Shown here in pieces: positions 1 to 12,179 of a DNA stretch of 64,000 nucleotides. This stretch comes from Rhizodiscina lignyota (lineage: Eukaryota): contig ML978131.1 in the NCBI GenBank assembly GCA_010015805.1, positions 310,001 to 374,000 on the forward strand, in the 5' to 3' direction. Positions within the stretch are counted from its first letter, which is position 1; the number at the start of each line of letters is the position of its first letter. Made by a program: the position numbers and the translations under genes. The notes beneath the pieces were generated by a model. The model made no database searches. It was not told the origin of the DNA and saw nothing but the letters and a program-made list of their open reading frames with translations.

Positions 1-278
1 AGGCTCGATTGTATATGCTTTGGAGAGTATGCATTAATACTTCACAGTTTCGTTGCATGAAGTCTGTAATAGCTCAAGACGATATGTATCCTAGTATTTC
101 AGTGTGCCGTACTTATGGTTTCATTGTTTTGCTGGCCATATAGGTATTGCACGTCTACTAACACAAGACGACTCCGCGGAACAAAGAATGGCGAAACGAG
201 ATGATGCCCTTTGACACAAGAATTCAAGATGCAAGAGGGCATCAAGAATGCATTTCTCAACCCTCTTGCACGTGGAAC

Positions 279-1676
279 ATGCATTCCTTTCGCTTCCACT
301 TGCTTGTGCTCTTCTCTACAGTCGTTTTCGCTTTCATACTCTTGAATCTCAAGCTCCTTTTCTCCTCAGCAACACCCAGCGCTTTTCAGACCGCATGGAT
401 TCCGATCCTTCTTCGCGTCGAACGGCCTGCATCAGCGCTCGACGTGGACTGCACGGAGCTTGCGGGTGCAGACCGTATCGTGGTGACGATCAAGACGGGC
501 GCGACAGAAGCGAATATGAAGATTCCGGCACAGCTGCGGACGTCGTTGCGCTGTGCTCCAAACATCCACATCTTCTCGGATATGGAGCAGACGATTGAGG
601 GTCACCAAGTTCACGATGTGATAAAGGATATACCGGCGGAGGTCATAAATGGCAGTGCGCGTGCAGACTTTGATCTGTATCGTAAGCAGCAAGAGCTCAA
701 AGATCCAGACAAGATCATCGAGAGGTTGAGGGATGTGAGGCATGCAGAACACGACGAAGTTGCCGCCTGGACGTTGGATAAGTACAAGAACATCCATATC
801 CTTGAAGATTCCTGGGCGATGCAACCTGACCGAGATTGGTACCTCCACATCGACGCAGATACCTACGTTGTTTGGCCGACGCTGCTTGAGTGGACTCGAA
901 GACTTGATCCCTCTAAGGTGCTGTATCTTGGATCACTGAGTCTTGTAAACGAAAATGAATTCGCGCACGGCGGGAGTGGAATACTGATGTCCCGAGCAGC
1001 AATGCACAAAGTTGTTGTTGAGCACAATGGAACGGCTGCGAGGTGGGACTCGAGGCTTCAGCACGAATGTTGTGGGGACTTTGGACTCGCCATGGCAATA
1101 AGAGAGTTTGGAATTAATGTCACTGAGGTATCGCCCACGATCCAAGGGGACTCCCCGAGACAGATACCTTTCGCTCCAGATCACTGGTGTAAGCCTTTGG
1201 CAACGCTGCATCACATCACCTCCTATGGATTCGAAGAATTACGTAAATTCGAGCACCAACGTTCAAACCGAAGCGTAAGTGAATAAAGACGGATCACGTT
1301 TGAGTTGTTGATATTACTGCAGGAGCCACTTACGTTCGCCGAGCTCTATCACGGTCTTATGGCGGATGAGATTTTTAAGCTCGACGAGCGCAACGATTGG
1401 GACAACCTGTCGGAAGGCAATCCTGTCCCGGATGTGCACACCTCCGAGGACTGTCGGAAGGCTTGCCAAGCAAACGAAGAATGTTTCCAGTCACTATATG
1501 ACGGCACAAAATGCAGGCTGGAGACATGGAAGTTTCGAGTTGGCGTGTCACGGAATGCCACAGACAGCAACAGATGGCAAAGCTCGTGGAACAGCAGCAG
1601 AATATCCAACTGGGTTTCGAGGCAAAAGCCGTGTGAAGGATTGATCTTCCCACTCCAGAGCAACACGATCTCTTAG
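279..1676 (+). CDS. Glycosyltransferase family 31 (Fringe/C1GALT1-like), type II membrane protein with a Cys-rich C-terminal module; exons 279-1274 and 1323-1676 (~449 aa)
   Basis: N-terminal TM helix; motifs VTIKTGATE, WTLDKYK, DXD (HIDADTY), FAHGGSG, CCGD, LATLHH. The 48-nt GTAAGT..CAG intron 1275-1322 joins the two ORFs in frame. Confidence 0.88.
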
Positions 1677-4600
1677 GCAGCTCCATGGACGGCATGATCG
1701 GTGGCGCTAGACGCACGATTAGCGCTGCAGAAAGCAAATGCTGTACTCCTCATTTGGATCGTGCTCATTCGACCCTTCGGCTCGCTGCAGGTGATATGGG
1801 TTTTGATTGGATGGAAGCCAACTCTTAAGTATGGGATGCTGCTTCAAGCTAAGGGGATACCTGCGCCGTAGATTGGGATCGTCAAATGGGGAAGTTGAAG
1901 GGCCTCTTCAGCTCACCTCTAAGATGAACGAGGAAGCGGCAAGTTCTCTGCGGAGAAAGAAAGGGGATGTATCTACAGGCCTTCCGCGATAGGTTCAGTC
2001 GTTATGATAACGGATCCAGTTGCTGCGACAAGCGTTCAACCGTAATCCAGTTCCTCGTTCTTATCCCTGGCTCCTGGAGATCGTCGCGACAATTCTGAAT
2101 TCTTGGTGACAATTTGAGAAGATCCACACGCGACGCCGTGTGAGAGCGGTTGGCCGGCTATTGGTTTCAGTTCCAAGTCATCTTCCTTTTCAGAATTGAT
2201 TGTGTCTTCGACAAGTTGAGACGACCCAGATTGGGCATTGATGTGACAAAATAGTCACCCATCTGCATTGTAGTTGCTTTGACGGCCCAACGTGAACGCA
2301 AAACAACCGCCAACATATTATATGCGTAACCGAGAGACATCTGGCCGACTTCTCTGCATCCGGCTGTCCACATGATTGGCGGAACATGACTCCACCGCAG
2401 TTGGGTTGTGTTGGCTCTAACCATGCCTCTGGGTATATTAGCGTGGTTGGGTGGAGTTTACGAGCTTGAGAATATTGGAAATCTGCAATGCTAAAATTAC
2501 AAACCTGCATATATATCGAATGAAAGTATCATGGCTATAACATCGTCCTGGAAGAGAAATATGGATGGTTGAATCCGGCTCAGGGTTCTTGACCCAAGCC
2601 CTAACCGAGGGCAGGGCAGAAAGTCGAGCGAATGGAGAGAACGCGGAAATAAAAAGCATGTAAAGCGGAACCAGTTGTTGAATAGGATTTGGCTAGCAAG
2701 CACGGTGTGGCATAACGGACTAACCAATTAGAGAGGAAGAGTATCGTCCAATAAATGGCCTCATGCATGTCGGCGCCTATTGGTTAGGAGCTAGCTGCCT
2801 CCGCTGCCTGCGCTGCTTAAGAGAACTTGATTTTGAAAGGGTAGGCGGTGGGTACAATAATGTCGGAGCGAATCCTAGTACGCCTACGGTGTACGCCTCA
2901 CGTCAGAAGGCCGACCGAGTTCGTGTAATTCGAAGTGCTGATTGAGGTGGCTCCATCCTGATTTGAGCGCGTAAGTGTGGAAGAATTCGACAGAGAGAAA
3001 ATGTATGACAAGGTTAGCGATAATGGAGATGAAGTCATGAATATGTTTTCGGCAGAAATCATTATCTCGGCGCTCTATAATTCAGAAGGCTTTGGAGCCA
3101 GTGCCCGGGTTCAACAGTCAAGCTATTTTGCCGATCGAGCGGAAAAGCATATCTCAAGCCGCAAAGGTGAAACGACACGCTAGGAAATGTAGTCCTGGCG
3201 CACGGAAAGATCGCATCGTGACGGGTGAATCGGGATGTACATATCGGACGATTCCTGCAGCGGGAGTGACGACTAGGTGCTTCTATATCACCATTGACGT
3301 TGACTGAGCAGCTAGACGGCGTTCGAGTCGTGCAGGGGAAGGCCGGCTTAGAGATCGAAATACCGGCTTCGATCGGTTATCTACCGAACCTTTGACATGG
3401 GATCGTTGGGCTCGTAACGCCCTTCCCTTTTTCAATCCCAAAAGACACCTTGGAGTGTCTCGAAAATTTCTTGCTGCGGACCTTGCTCCGTCCAGTCTCG
3501 GTGCAGTCTCCCCGCATTTGCATGCGAGGCTGTGCGATGGGGCATTGCCTTGTTGGAAGTAGTAGATCCTGCACGCTTGCGAGAAGACAAGCCACAAAAG
3601 AAATTCTCCTCTTGACGAGTAGGGCGGTGAAGTCCGCCCGACTGTCTCTGATTTGGAACCAGATTCGAATCAAAGACAGTACGGGCTCCAAGAGTAGAAT
3701 AGTAATCCTGGGTGGTGCCCGTGACGTTGCAAGCTGTGGTTGTCAGGTAGGGCCTGCGGTAGATCGCGTGGGATCAATTGAAACGAACGGCGTGAGTGGG
3801 AAGGATTGAGGGAAACAGATACGCGAGACGACTCGGATCGTGCGATCACATCCCACCGGGTGGCGCGGTGTGGGTGACCAAAAAGTCGACCTCGGTGAGG
3901 CTGGACAAGGCGCAGGCAGAACATGATTTGCTCTCCAATCCAAGCGAGAGCATCTGTGAAAGCTGAGCGCAGTATACTTCGGTCAGTATCTGTTAGGATT
4001 GCACGGATTCCCGGACGTTGATCTATATTGACTGGAGAGGCCCTGCGCGTTGACAGATCAGTCCGACGAGGCTGTAGCCCGACTTTTCTGTCACACTCGC
4101 GGTGGGCCAGCGTGCCTGGCGTCCGACGTTGCAGCTCGTGGCAGAACGGCAGAAAGGGGTCTTGATCGAATGGGATCGCGTGATGCCTCTTCGTGCGGCG
4201 GAGATTAAGCCTGCTCGTTCGACACCGAACTCGCCGCTACTGATCAGCATTGCCTATGACGCATGGCAATTGGATGCAGTATGGAGCTGAAGGCTAGGCG
4301 ACTCCGCGTCGGTACCAGAAGTACAGCTCCGGTGTACCTGGTACTTCGTACTTGGGCTGCCTAAGTCGGCTGCGCTAGAGGGCCGTTTTGAGCTTCTATA
4401 GCCTTGTGAGGCCGCATGTTCGCTGGAAAAAAATTCTCCGAATGCGCACGTTCGGAGTAGAGCAGACACACTTTCGTCACTGCTAAGTCGGCGTCGGCGT
4501 CGCCGTCCCATGCAGGTGAGCCTTGGCTTGGACAAGCTCTCGAGACAGTTTGCCAGGCATTCTCGCTGATTCACGAGACCATTGTCTCAAAATGTTCCAT

Positions 4601-5163
4601 GTGTGAAGAGAGTCATTGTAAAGTTGTGTAGATTCGTGGTGTCCATAGCAAAATCTGGGACTTCTAGCTTCTACTCATTCCACGGCATGCTCGCACGCCT
4701 GGAATGCAAATTTGGTATCTAAACTTTTAAGCAATATGGTGCATCTGATAAAGCATTTCAATCATCCGCAGAAGCACCTCTTTGTTAGAAGGCTGGCAGC
4801 GGAAACACTTCGTAGATAACTCTAAGCCCCATAGTTTGTGAACCTGCACCAAATATTTCCGGGGATATCGATGTGAACTTCTCGTCCGTTGTGAATGCCG
4901 AATTCATGCCTGGTACCACCGGAGCAAATAGCCGTTAGCGATGGCCATATATGTCTGGCTGACGCGGCATACAAGACTTCCCAGACATGGGAATATTTTT
5001 CAGGCGGCATTTCCGTAGAGGAGGGTGGGAAGTGTGGGACCGTGTCGAGACGGCTTCGAATGGCGCAACGGCGCGTCTAAAAGCCGCTACCAATGCTCTC
5101 CATGACGACCGCTGCGAGCTGAGAGCCCCAAGATATGGGATCGCGGCGACTAGCCGGTTGTTG

Positions 5164-6146
5164 TCATAAATGTTGCTGGATCGTAGCTACCGATGGATCT
5201 TCTGCAACCCACTTGCCCTGAGCAGTGTCGCTCGCTCTTAGTGCCGTCTCCACATACTCATCGGTTATCGCAGATATCTCCTGCTCTCTAAATGTTAGTC
5301 GTGTTGTCTTCTTTTAGAAGTTATACCCATGAAAGTGAGTGGTCGTGTCTTAGAATAAGGGGCTACTGGAACAAGACTTTGCCGGCTTTCTCTGACTTGT
5401 AGAGGACGATGAATGCGGCGTAAATGAATACTCACGGCTCTTAAGGACTGATCCACGGCATGTAAGGCAGTTGCATGTGCAGTTGTCTCTACCTGGCCTT
5501 GTAGAACTGAGTTCCTTCCTTGAATCCAGCGGATGACGGCGCAAGCCCGAAGATATGCTCGCTGACAGCGAAAGCGACGAATGCACGCATCAAGAAGGAT
5601 GCTAAAAGGTATCAGCTACCATTTCGATCGAGTTTTGTACGCTAGTAGAGTCAAAGACGTAGTGAATGGTCAAGGTTTCGCGAAGAAGGATCAAGAGCCT
5701 CAACGAAAAGCGCGCGAGAAGTAGCCGGTGCGTAGGGCTGGGGGCGAGATATAGTAACTTTCCATAGCAGAGGATGACGGAAGGGATGGACTCACGCTTG
5801 AAGCTGTGCTCTTTGCGCTTCAGGCGTTCCTGCCGCCGAGTTGGTGGTTGCGAAAGGCTGCGCAAGCACACTCTGTGCTTCTGCGATGCAAACTCGTAGA
5901 ATTTCGTAGCCAGTGAGGTGATACTCGTGCGCAGGAGCAGCTACGTTCATCTGCGAAAGGTAGTGTTGCAAGTTGCGAAAGTCGTTGATGACTTCTGCGA
6001 TGCGAACCGCTCGGGCGTCATTGACTACGAGAGTAATGTCAGCCAGACGAAACGAAAAGACAACGATAGTGAGATAGAGAGATGTAAAATCAAAACTGCG
6101 CTTGTGAGAGGGCACAACAAGGTGGTGGCTTACGGCCGTCTGCCAT
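5164..6146 (-). CDS. Fungal hypothetical protein (~174 aa, MADGLNDARAVRIAEVINDFRNLQHY...GKWVAEDPSVATIQQHL); exons 6146-6134, 6024-5796, 5601-5436, 5280-5164
   Basis: Three canonical introns (GTAAGC/GTGAGT donors, CTRAY branch points, YAG acceptors) give one 525-nt open frame. The N-terminus resembles an uncharacterised Pezizomycotina family (from memory). Confidence 0.8.
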
Positions 6147-7277
6147 GGAGAAGGTTAGATATTTGGTCGAGGTAAGGACTGACACGTATCACATTAAAGA
6201 GGTAGGTAGGTTAAGTGTAAGGAGACATCGGACATATCCCAGCACGAGGCATGCATGCAATTGCAATGCTCGTGGAAGGGAGCAAGAGGCTGCACTTCGT
6301 GCTGGTTAAGAGTATTTGATGCCATGTTCTCGAGAGCGTATCAGCCCGACGGCTAAAAAAACGGCTTGAGCCTTAGGGATGGACACTCCCGCTCACTTTG
6401 CGGGCAGGCGAGAGTCGTGAATGGTTCGTCAAGCTAGAGGGACGGATGGGATTCGCCCAGCGCGTGGGTACAGTCCATGGATCTGGTGAACAAATCGAAG
6501 TCGCATGCTTGACTACACGGTTGTTCAAAGGTGGAGGAGGCAAAAAAGGGGAGAACGGTACAGTTGAAGGAGAATTATTGAAGTCAGCATTGCTTGCGGC
6601 GAAACCGCAAACAATCATAGGCAAGCCTCGAGTAACTTGGTGGAAGTGGTCAGCTCAGCCACAGCCGGTTGGTCCGTGTGCGACTGACCGATGCTGACAC
6701 GCTATTCGCTGAGCACGCAACGAGCCTTGCAACTCTTTGCAATGATGTCTGCTGTTCCTGGCACCGGAGCCGCGTGGATCGCGCTGCCCGGGCGTTGCAA
6801 GGAACTGCTTCAGTGCTGAAATGGCGTGTGCTCTGCACCGTTTCGGCTGGCTCTCAGGCATCCAAAAGTCATGGCACTCCATACTCCCGCAGCACCCGAC
6901 AACAGATTCAAGCTGAACACTTCAGGCCACACGTCATGTAGTATTCTCGAATGGGAAAGTGCCCTCGAAAAGAGACAGCATGCGCAAGGCTCATTGGCTG
7001 GTATCCGTTCGAAGCAATGAACGCCTAGCTGTACATACAATAATTATCCCCGGCACGGCCAATGGCACATGACGCCATCATTTGCAATGTTCGAAAGCAA
7101 CGCGACGCCTGGCCATTCTGGTGAAGAGTAGTTCCTTTCGCTTGGGTCAAGTGCCAGGACTTCGGGTGCGGAAAGTAGGATTCCCCTCGCGTTGAGTTGC
7201 ATCTCTCGCCCTGCAGGGCGAATGCCGCATGCCTAGAGCAGATCGTCGCGTGGTCCGGAGCCGCGCGATATGCTCAG

Positions 7278-8309
7278 CTAGTCTTTGTCGGCAATCGCCT
7301 GCAAGCGCTCATCAATCTCTTCTTCCGTAAGCGTCCTGAACTCCGCATCTGTGCCTTCGTTGCCATCTGCACGGGGCCCACCGACGATGCCAATCTCCAG
7401 CTCACCCTTCTTGAAATCGACGCTTAGCACCGTACTTAGCGTTGTGATACCAAGTTCCACAACATCTTCCCAGCTGCCCTCAGCGCAATCCTTATTCTTC
7501 AACTTCCGCTCTAGGAAATTGAGAGCCTCCTGCGTCTTCGGTCCAGAGGCCGTAGCTTTGTAACCGACGTAGTAGCCTGCAGGGTCGCACTTGTATAGTT
7601 GTGGTCCATACTCGGAGTCAACCGAAATGAGGGTTGTGGCCACTCCTAAAGGCCGCATGTACGCCTATTCGCTGCGTCAGAAAATGTCCCGCCAGCCACA
7701 ACCGCATAGCTTATTTGTCAACCACATACCCGCTGCGTATAGACCTGGCTGATGTTCGCCAGCCTCTTGGCTAAGACATCGCACGGCATCTCGTATCCAA
7801 ACTTGTATCGGAACTCAGCTGCCTCTCCTCGAGCTCGGGCAACCGATGCTCGAGCATCCGCAATAGAACCCGTCATAACGCAGCCAACAGATGGCGAGAG
7901 TTTGTAGACGTAGGATACGGTGGAAGGATCTATCAATTTGTCCTGTCGCATGATTAGCTGGCGTCCCCCTGCTCTGACCACACCTCCGACGTACTGGGAC
8001 CTTCTTCTGTGTGAGAACCACTGCACAGTTCTTGCCTCGGACTCCCACCGAAGTGATGTTCGCCGCTGTTATTGCCTTGAACGCATATTCTGCTCATATT
8101 GAAATCAGTCGTGTTCCCTGCAAAGTAGCAACCATTTTCGTTGCAACGTCGCTGCAAGATGCAGGAGTTACGCACCGACTTGATACAGGCGCCCTTGATC
8201 GGAGAAGATTGTTATGTGCCTGTCATAACCGGCACTACCTATGAGTCCAGAGAACGTCAGCTTGGAACTTCTCGAGCTAGCTCGGCTCGTAGCAGTACTA
8301 ACCAGACAT
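7278..8309 (-). CDS. SCL1: 20S proteasome subunit alpha-1 (alpha type-6); exons 8309-8303, 8238-8176, 8089-7995, 7942-7730, 7664-7278 (254 aa)
   Basis: Alpha signature [24 protein letters not shown], plus [12 protein letters not shown] and [18 protein letters not shown]; four canonical introns keep the frame. Confidence 0.96.
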
Positions 8310-8823
8310 CGTGAAGAATCAAGTTCGGGCGACCCTCTTGGTGGAGCGGACGGAGCTAGAAGGGCTTGACGCGTGTCGAAGGGAGTAGAGAGTAGACAAG
8401 TTTGCAGAGAAGTTGTTGTTAGAGGAGCTTTGAGCACGAAGCTGGGAAGTGAAGACGCAGCAGGCAAGCTATCAAACGCGACAGCTCATGCAGCCTTGCA
8501 CAGCTCTCACCGCGGCGGTGAAATTATCCGAATTCCGGCGCCAAGACCTCGACCTCCCTCTCATTGGGCGTAGACGCGGCAGTTTCCGCTCGAATCCATC
8601 GATATCGCCAAATTTTCTTCAAACTTTCACTTTTACTTTTAGAGAGAAAGAAGACCCAACGATGCGACAATGGTCTCTTCACTCTCCAATTGCTTCTACT
8701 CTAATTAGCAATGGCACTGGATTAGTTGAAATGCATTGCCACGACTGACTTCACTTCCTGAAAATATCGCCCGAGCATAACTACTTCAGTCTCGTCTTCC
8801 TTATATTGAACCTCTTACCAACC

Positions 8824-10467
8824 ATGGCCCCTCAACGAATACCTGCCTGGCAGCGGCTTGGGTTGCAGCTGAGAAGGAATTCAGACGCTGCCGAGTCGCC
8901 TCAAACTGCCAAGGAATCACCCTCTCATGTTTCACCAAGTTTCCAGCCAGAGAGGCCGAGTGAAAATCCTGTCATTAAAAATGGCATTGCTTCTGCATTG
9001 TCACAAAGGGATCCATCCGACAATGTTCCCACGGCATTCACATCTAAACGAAAAGCCAGATCATTCGATGATGATACTCTCAAGTCTAATGGAGAGCTCC
9101 AGCCGTCCAAGCGACGGAAGTCTGTCACATTCTCAGAGGACACGAAACGAATAGACGGTAGTTCATCCAAGGTATCTTTCAAAAGCTGGGTGGACAATCA
9201 TGTCGATGCCACACCGAAGACGAACGGAAAAGAGCAAGAAACTGCCAATGGTAATCGCGACTCTCACACTCAGAATGCGATTCCTACGACGGTCGAAGAC
9301 GGCAGAGCATCCTATCTCGACTATTTGGACCAATACCACAACAGTCGCGATCTATGGAAATTTAACAAGGCGAAGCAAACAAATCTGCTGAAGAACGCTT
9401 GCGATATACAGAAGGTACCGTCCTCCTTTGACGAGGCTCTCGGAACGTACGTCAGCGGCCTTAAAGGCAAAGCAGCGCGAGACAGACTGAAAGAGTCTGC
9501 ACTTGAAGCTTTGCTGACCAAGGAGCTGCAAGAATTGGACGAGACGACACAGACTAACGGGGGGAAGTCGGAGGCGGAGCTACGAAAGCAATACCATGAT
9601 CAGGCATTGCGTGCAAGCCTTGAACAGACGAAAAAGCGGCTGGCAGATTTAGCTCGGGAGGAGCTGGAGAATAGTTCAGACTTCAAGGCCCGGTTAGAAC
9701 AACGACAACGAGTGGTTGGCATTCTCCTTTCCCTCGGAGAGTCTCAGCAAAGAATGCCGCTCACACCAGACTCTATCAATGGAGGCAGAGCGGCATCCGA
9801 AGCTCCAAAGGTTCCAAAACATATCATATTCGATGATGAGGACGAACACCCAGCTCCAAAGCCTTTAGCCAACAATAGCAGTACGGAAAATTCGAAGCCA
9901 CGAGGGCCACGACGACAGAAAGTTCGAACAGGTGTCCCAGATGACGACGACTCAAGCTCAGAGAGTGATCTAGATTCAATTCCATCGGAAACAGACAGTT
10001 CCGACATGGAGACGCCAAGACGCAGTTTACCTATCAAGAATATCAAGGTCGAAGCAGCTGAATACTCTTCTGCAAGTTCCGAGGATGAATCGGGTCATGT
10101 AGAGTCCCAAACGACGCACCCTCCGACCCATGCATCTCCTACTGTGAGCCAGGTTCCAGACGACTCAAAGCCGAGCTCAGGGTCAAGTTCAGACTCAGAC
10201 TCAGACTCAGACTCGAGTTCTGAATCTGAATCTGAGGCCGAGAGTTTGAAAGAGTCCGAGAAAGAAAGGCCAATCAAGGCACCGAACCCAGTTGTCAAGC
10301 CGGAGCGTCAAGCATCGGTTAGCCAAGTATTAGCACGACCGGTGCCAAACCATAATACGGTACCACTCATAAGCGATCCTTATCGTTCATTGGGACTACA
10401 ACGGGCTCGAGTTCGCCATCGCCAACCACGCCCGTTCAGGACAAATCAGTTCACGAAACGGAGGTAG
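8824..10467 (+). CDS. WKF-domain (DUF2373) protein with acidic Ser/Asp-rich tail, probably nucleolar
   Basis: N-terminal PAWQRLGLQL, KRRKSVTF and YLDYLDQYH...WKFNKAKQTNLLKN...YVSGLKG.ARDRL; intronless ORF with ACCATGG start. Confidence 0.8.
   Translation: MAPQRIPAWQRLGLQLRRNSDAAESPQTAKESPSHVSPSFQPERPSENPVIKNGIASALSQRDPSDNVPTAFTSKRKARSFDDDTLKSNGELQPSKRRKSVTFSEDTKRIDGSSSKVSFKSWVDNHVDATPKTNGKEQETANGNRDSHTQNAIPTTVEDGRASYLDYLDQYHNSRDLWKFNKAKQTNLLKNACDIQKVPSSFDEALGTYVSGLKGKAARDRLKESALEALLTKELQELDETTQTNGGKSEAELRKQYHDQALRASLEQTKKRLADLAREELENSSDFKARLEQRQRVVGILLSLGESQQRMPLTPDSINGGRAASEAPKVPKHIIFDDEDEHPAPKPLANNSSTENSKPRGPRRQKVRTGVPDDDDSSSESDLDSIPSETDSSDMETPRRSLPIKNIKVEAAEYSSASSEDESGHVESQTTHPPTHASPTVSQVPDDSKPSSGSSSDSDSDSDSSSESESEAESLKESEKERPIKAPNPVVKPERQASVSQVLARPVPNHNTVPLISDPYRSLGLQRARVRHRQPRPFRTNQFTKRR
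10189..10236 (+). repeat. Coding hexamer microsatellite (TCAGAC)x4 followed by (TCTGAR)x3, encoding SDSDSDSD-SS-SESESE
   Basis: Read directly from the sequence, inside the WKF ORF. Confidence 0.9.
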
Positions 10468-10752
10468 ATGAAGCAGATGACTAGAGGATAGGATCTTATT
10501 TGGGGAAATGTGGTCACCCCTATCAATTCATTGCCAGCGTTCAAGCAAGGCGTTACGATTGGAAAACATGCCCAAGTTAGACCTTGTTGGAAAAGGCGTG
10601 ATTGTCGGAAGTGTACTCTGCTCAGTAGTGCGGTCTTGCTCCAACAAGAGCCGCAGTTGGCCAGGAGTCAAGCACACTGTGCGAGAACTGCGTGCGCCGC
10701 TCTGGCGGTCCTCGCATAATCCTATCTAAGAGTTTCTTCTAGGCGCGATGTT

Positions 10753-11790
10753 TCAAAGGTGATGCTGTTCATGTGCACTGATTTCGACCTCAGCTCCGGT
10801 CAATTCCATCACAGCATCCAGCCCATAATGATCCGTAACCCAATCACCTTCTAATTCCCGCTTCATATCTTCCCTAATCCCGTCATCCTCCACACATACA
10901 TCGATGCCTATCCTCTTCAGACTCTTCGCGTCCATGCTGCCACAATACATCACCTTGTCCATTCGACTGGGGCCAAATTTCTCCCGCATCCACTTCTTCA
11001 CCTGATGACCCCAAGTATATCCATCATCGCTATCCTCCTTCCCACCGAGCTCGAGATAAGCGTCTTTCAGATTATTCTCAGAATGCAATGTGCGATCGAA
11101 CGGCTGAATAGCATTGCAATCGCCAGCCAGTAGACCAGCATGCACACTTGTGTCGTGGAGGTACGGAGCCGCGTCTGCTAATTGCACTGGGCGGACAGGT
11201 GGATCCGCAACAAGCGATTCGAGATGTGCATTGCAGAAACGGACAACTTTATCTTGCGATCCAGCGAGCCGGATATCGATGAAGAATCCGTCACGATCGA
11301 ACTTGGAGATGAAGGGGATGCGGAAGACTTGTTTGATATTGAGACGGCGGTCTATGAGAGTCGTGGTGCCGTAGAATGGTGAGATCCAGTGCTTGTTATC
11401 GACGTCGGTTATATAGAAGCGTTCTCTTACCCAAGCCGCCTCTTGGATCTGTGTGAGGTCTGTCTTGGTCATTTCTTGAAGGAGAATGATCGTCGGCTGC
11501 GTCGGCGCTTCAGAAACCAAACTATCAAGGTAGTTCAAAGCCGCGGCCATGCGCGGTATGCCATATGGAATCAGCATGTCAATGTTCCAGCTTAGAACTC
11601 TAACAGTCCTGGAGCTAGAGTTTGTGCCCGCTGTGGTGCTGGCTTTCTTCCACTCTCCATCTTGGAAGGCGTAGTAGTCTTGATATCTGGGGTTGTAGAA
11701 CCCAGGCTCCTCGCTGCGTTGTGGGGGAGGCGCATTTAGGATCTTCTGAATGGCCTCTTGGGAGAAAGGGTTATCGTCATTGGAAGACAT
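10753..11790 (-). CDS. Endonuclease/exonuclease/phosphatase (EEP) family protein, tyrosyl-DNA phosphodiesterase 2-like
   Basis: Motifs SWNID, LQE, NAHLES, AGDCN, YTW, SRMD and TDH in EEP order. Start taken at the AAAATG (MSSNDD). Confidence 0.85.
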   Translation of the reverse strand: MSSNDDNPFSQEAIQKILNAPPPQRSEEPGFYNPRYQDYYAFQDGEWKKASTTAGTNSSSRTVRVLSWNIDMLIPYGIPRMAAALNYLDSLVSEAPTQPTIILLQEMTKTDLTQIQEAAWVRERFYITDVDNKHWISPFYGTTTLIDRRLNIKQVFRIPFISKFDRDGFFIDIRLAGSQDKVVRFCNAHLESLVADPPVRPVQLADAAPYLHDTSVHAGLLAGDCNAIQPFDRTLHSENNLKDAYLELGGKEDSDDGYTWGHQVKKWMREKFGPSRMDKVMYCGSMDAKSLKRIGIDVCVEDDGIREDMKRELEGDWVTDHYGLDAVMELTGAEVEISAHEQHHL

Positions 11791-12179
11791 CTTTTCTATA
11801 ATTCTCTGAGGGGTTCTTCGAGTCGATTTATTCAAAAGCAAGCTCCGACGTAAGCTGGGTGTATATAAGTGGCGCGAGCTCGCGGTCGCTAAATAAGTGC
11901 TCTCCGTCCGGAAATGCCCAGACTCTGCGCGTTTTCCATTCCAAGGCTGGTTGGGAGCTATTACGCCTAGGATTGGAAGACGGTAGTGGAGCCAACATAA
12001 GCTTGACAAACACGTTTCGTGTTTTGCACGAAATCTGACACTAAAACCAGGCATCCTTGAATTAACTACGGGCGGATGCGGAGCCGGAGGTGTATTTCCC
12101 AAAAGGGCGAGCGGTCAAGCTAAAAACTTTACTCCAACATCAGGAGTTCTGGACGCCTTCTCCGTCAACCTCACCTCGA

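Noticed and set aside
11791..12179. N-terminal extensions of the EEP and QRI7 ORFs that appear to overlap in the ORF track
   Set aside because: They rely on TTG/GTG starts; the first ATGs (11790 and 12180) give ordinary divergent genes.
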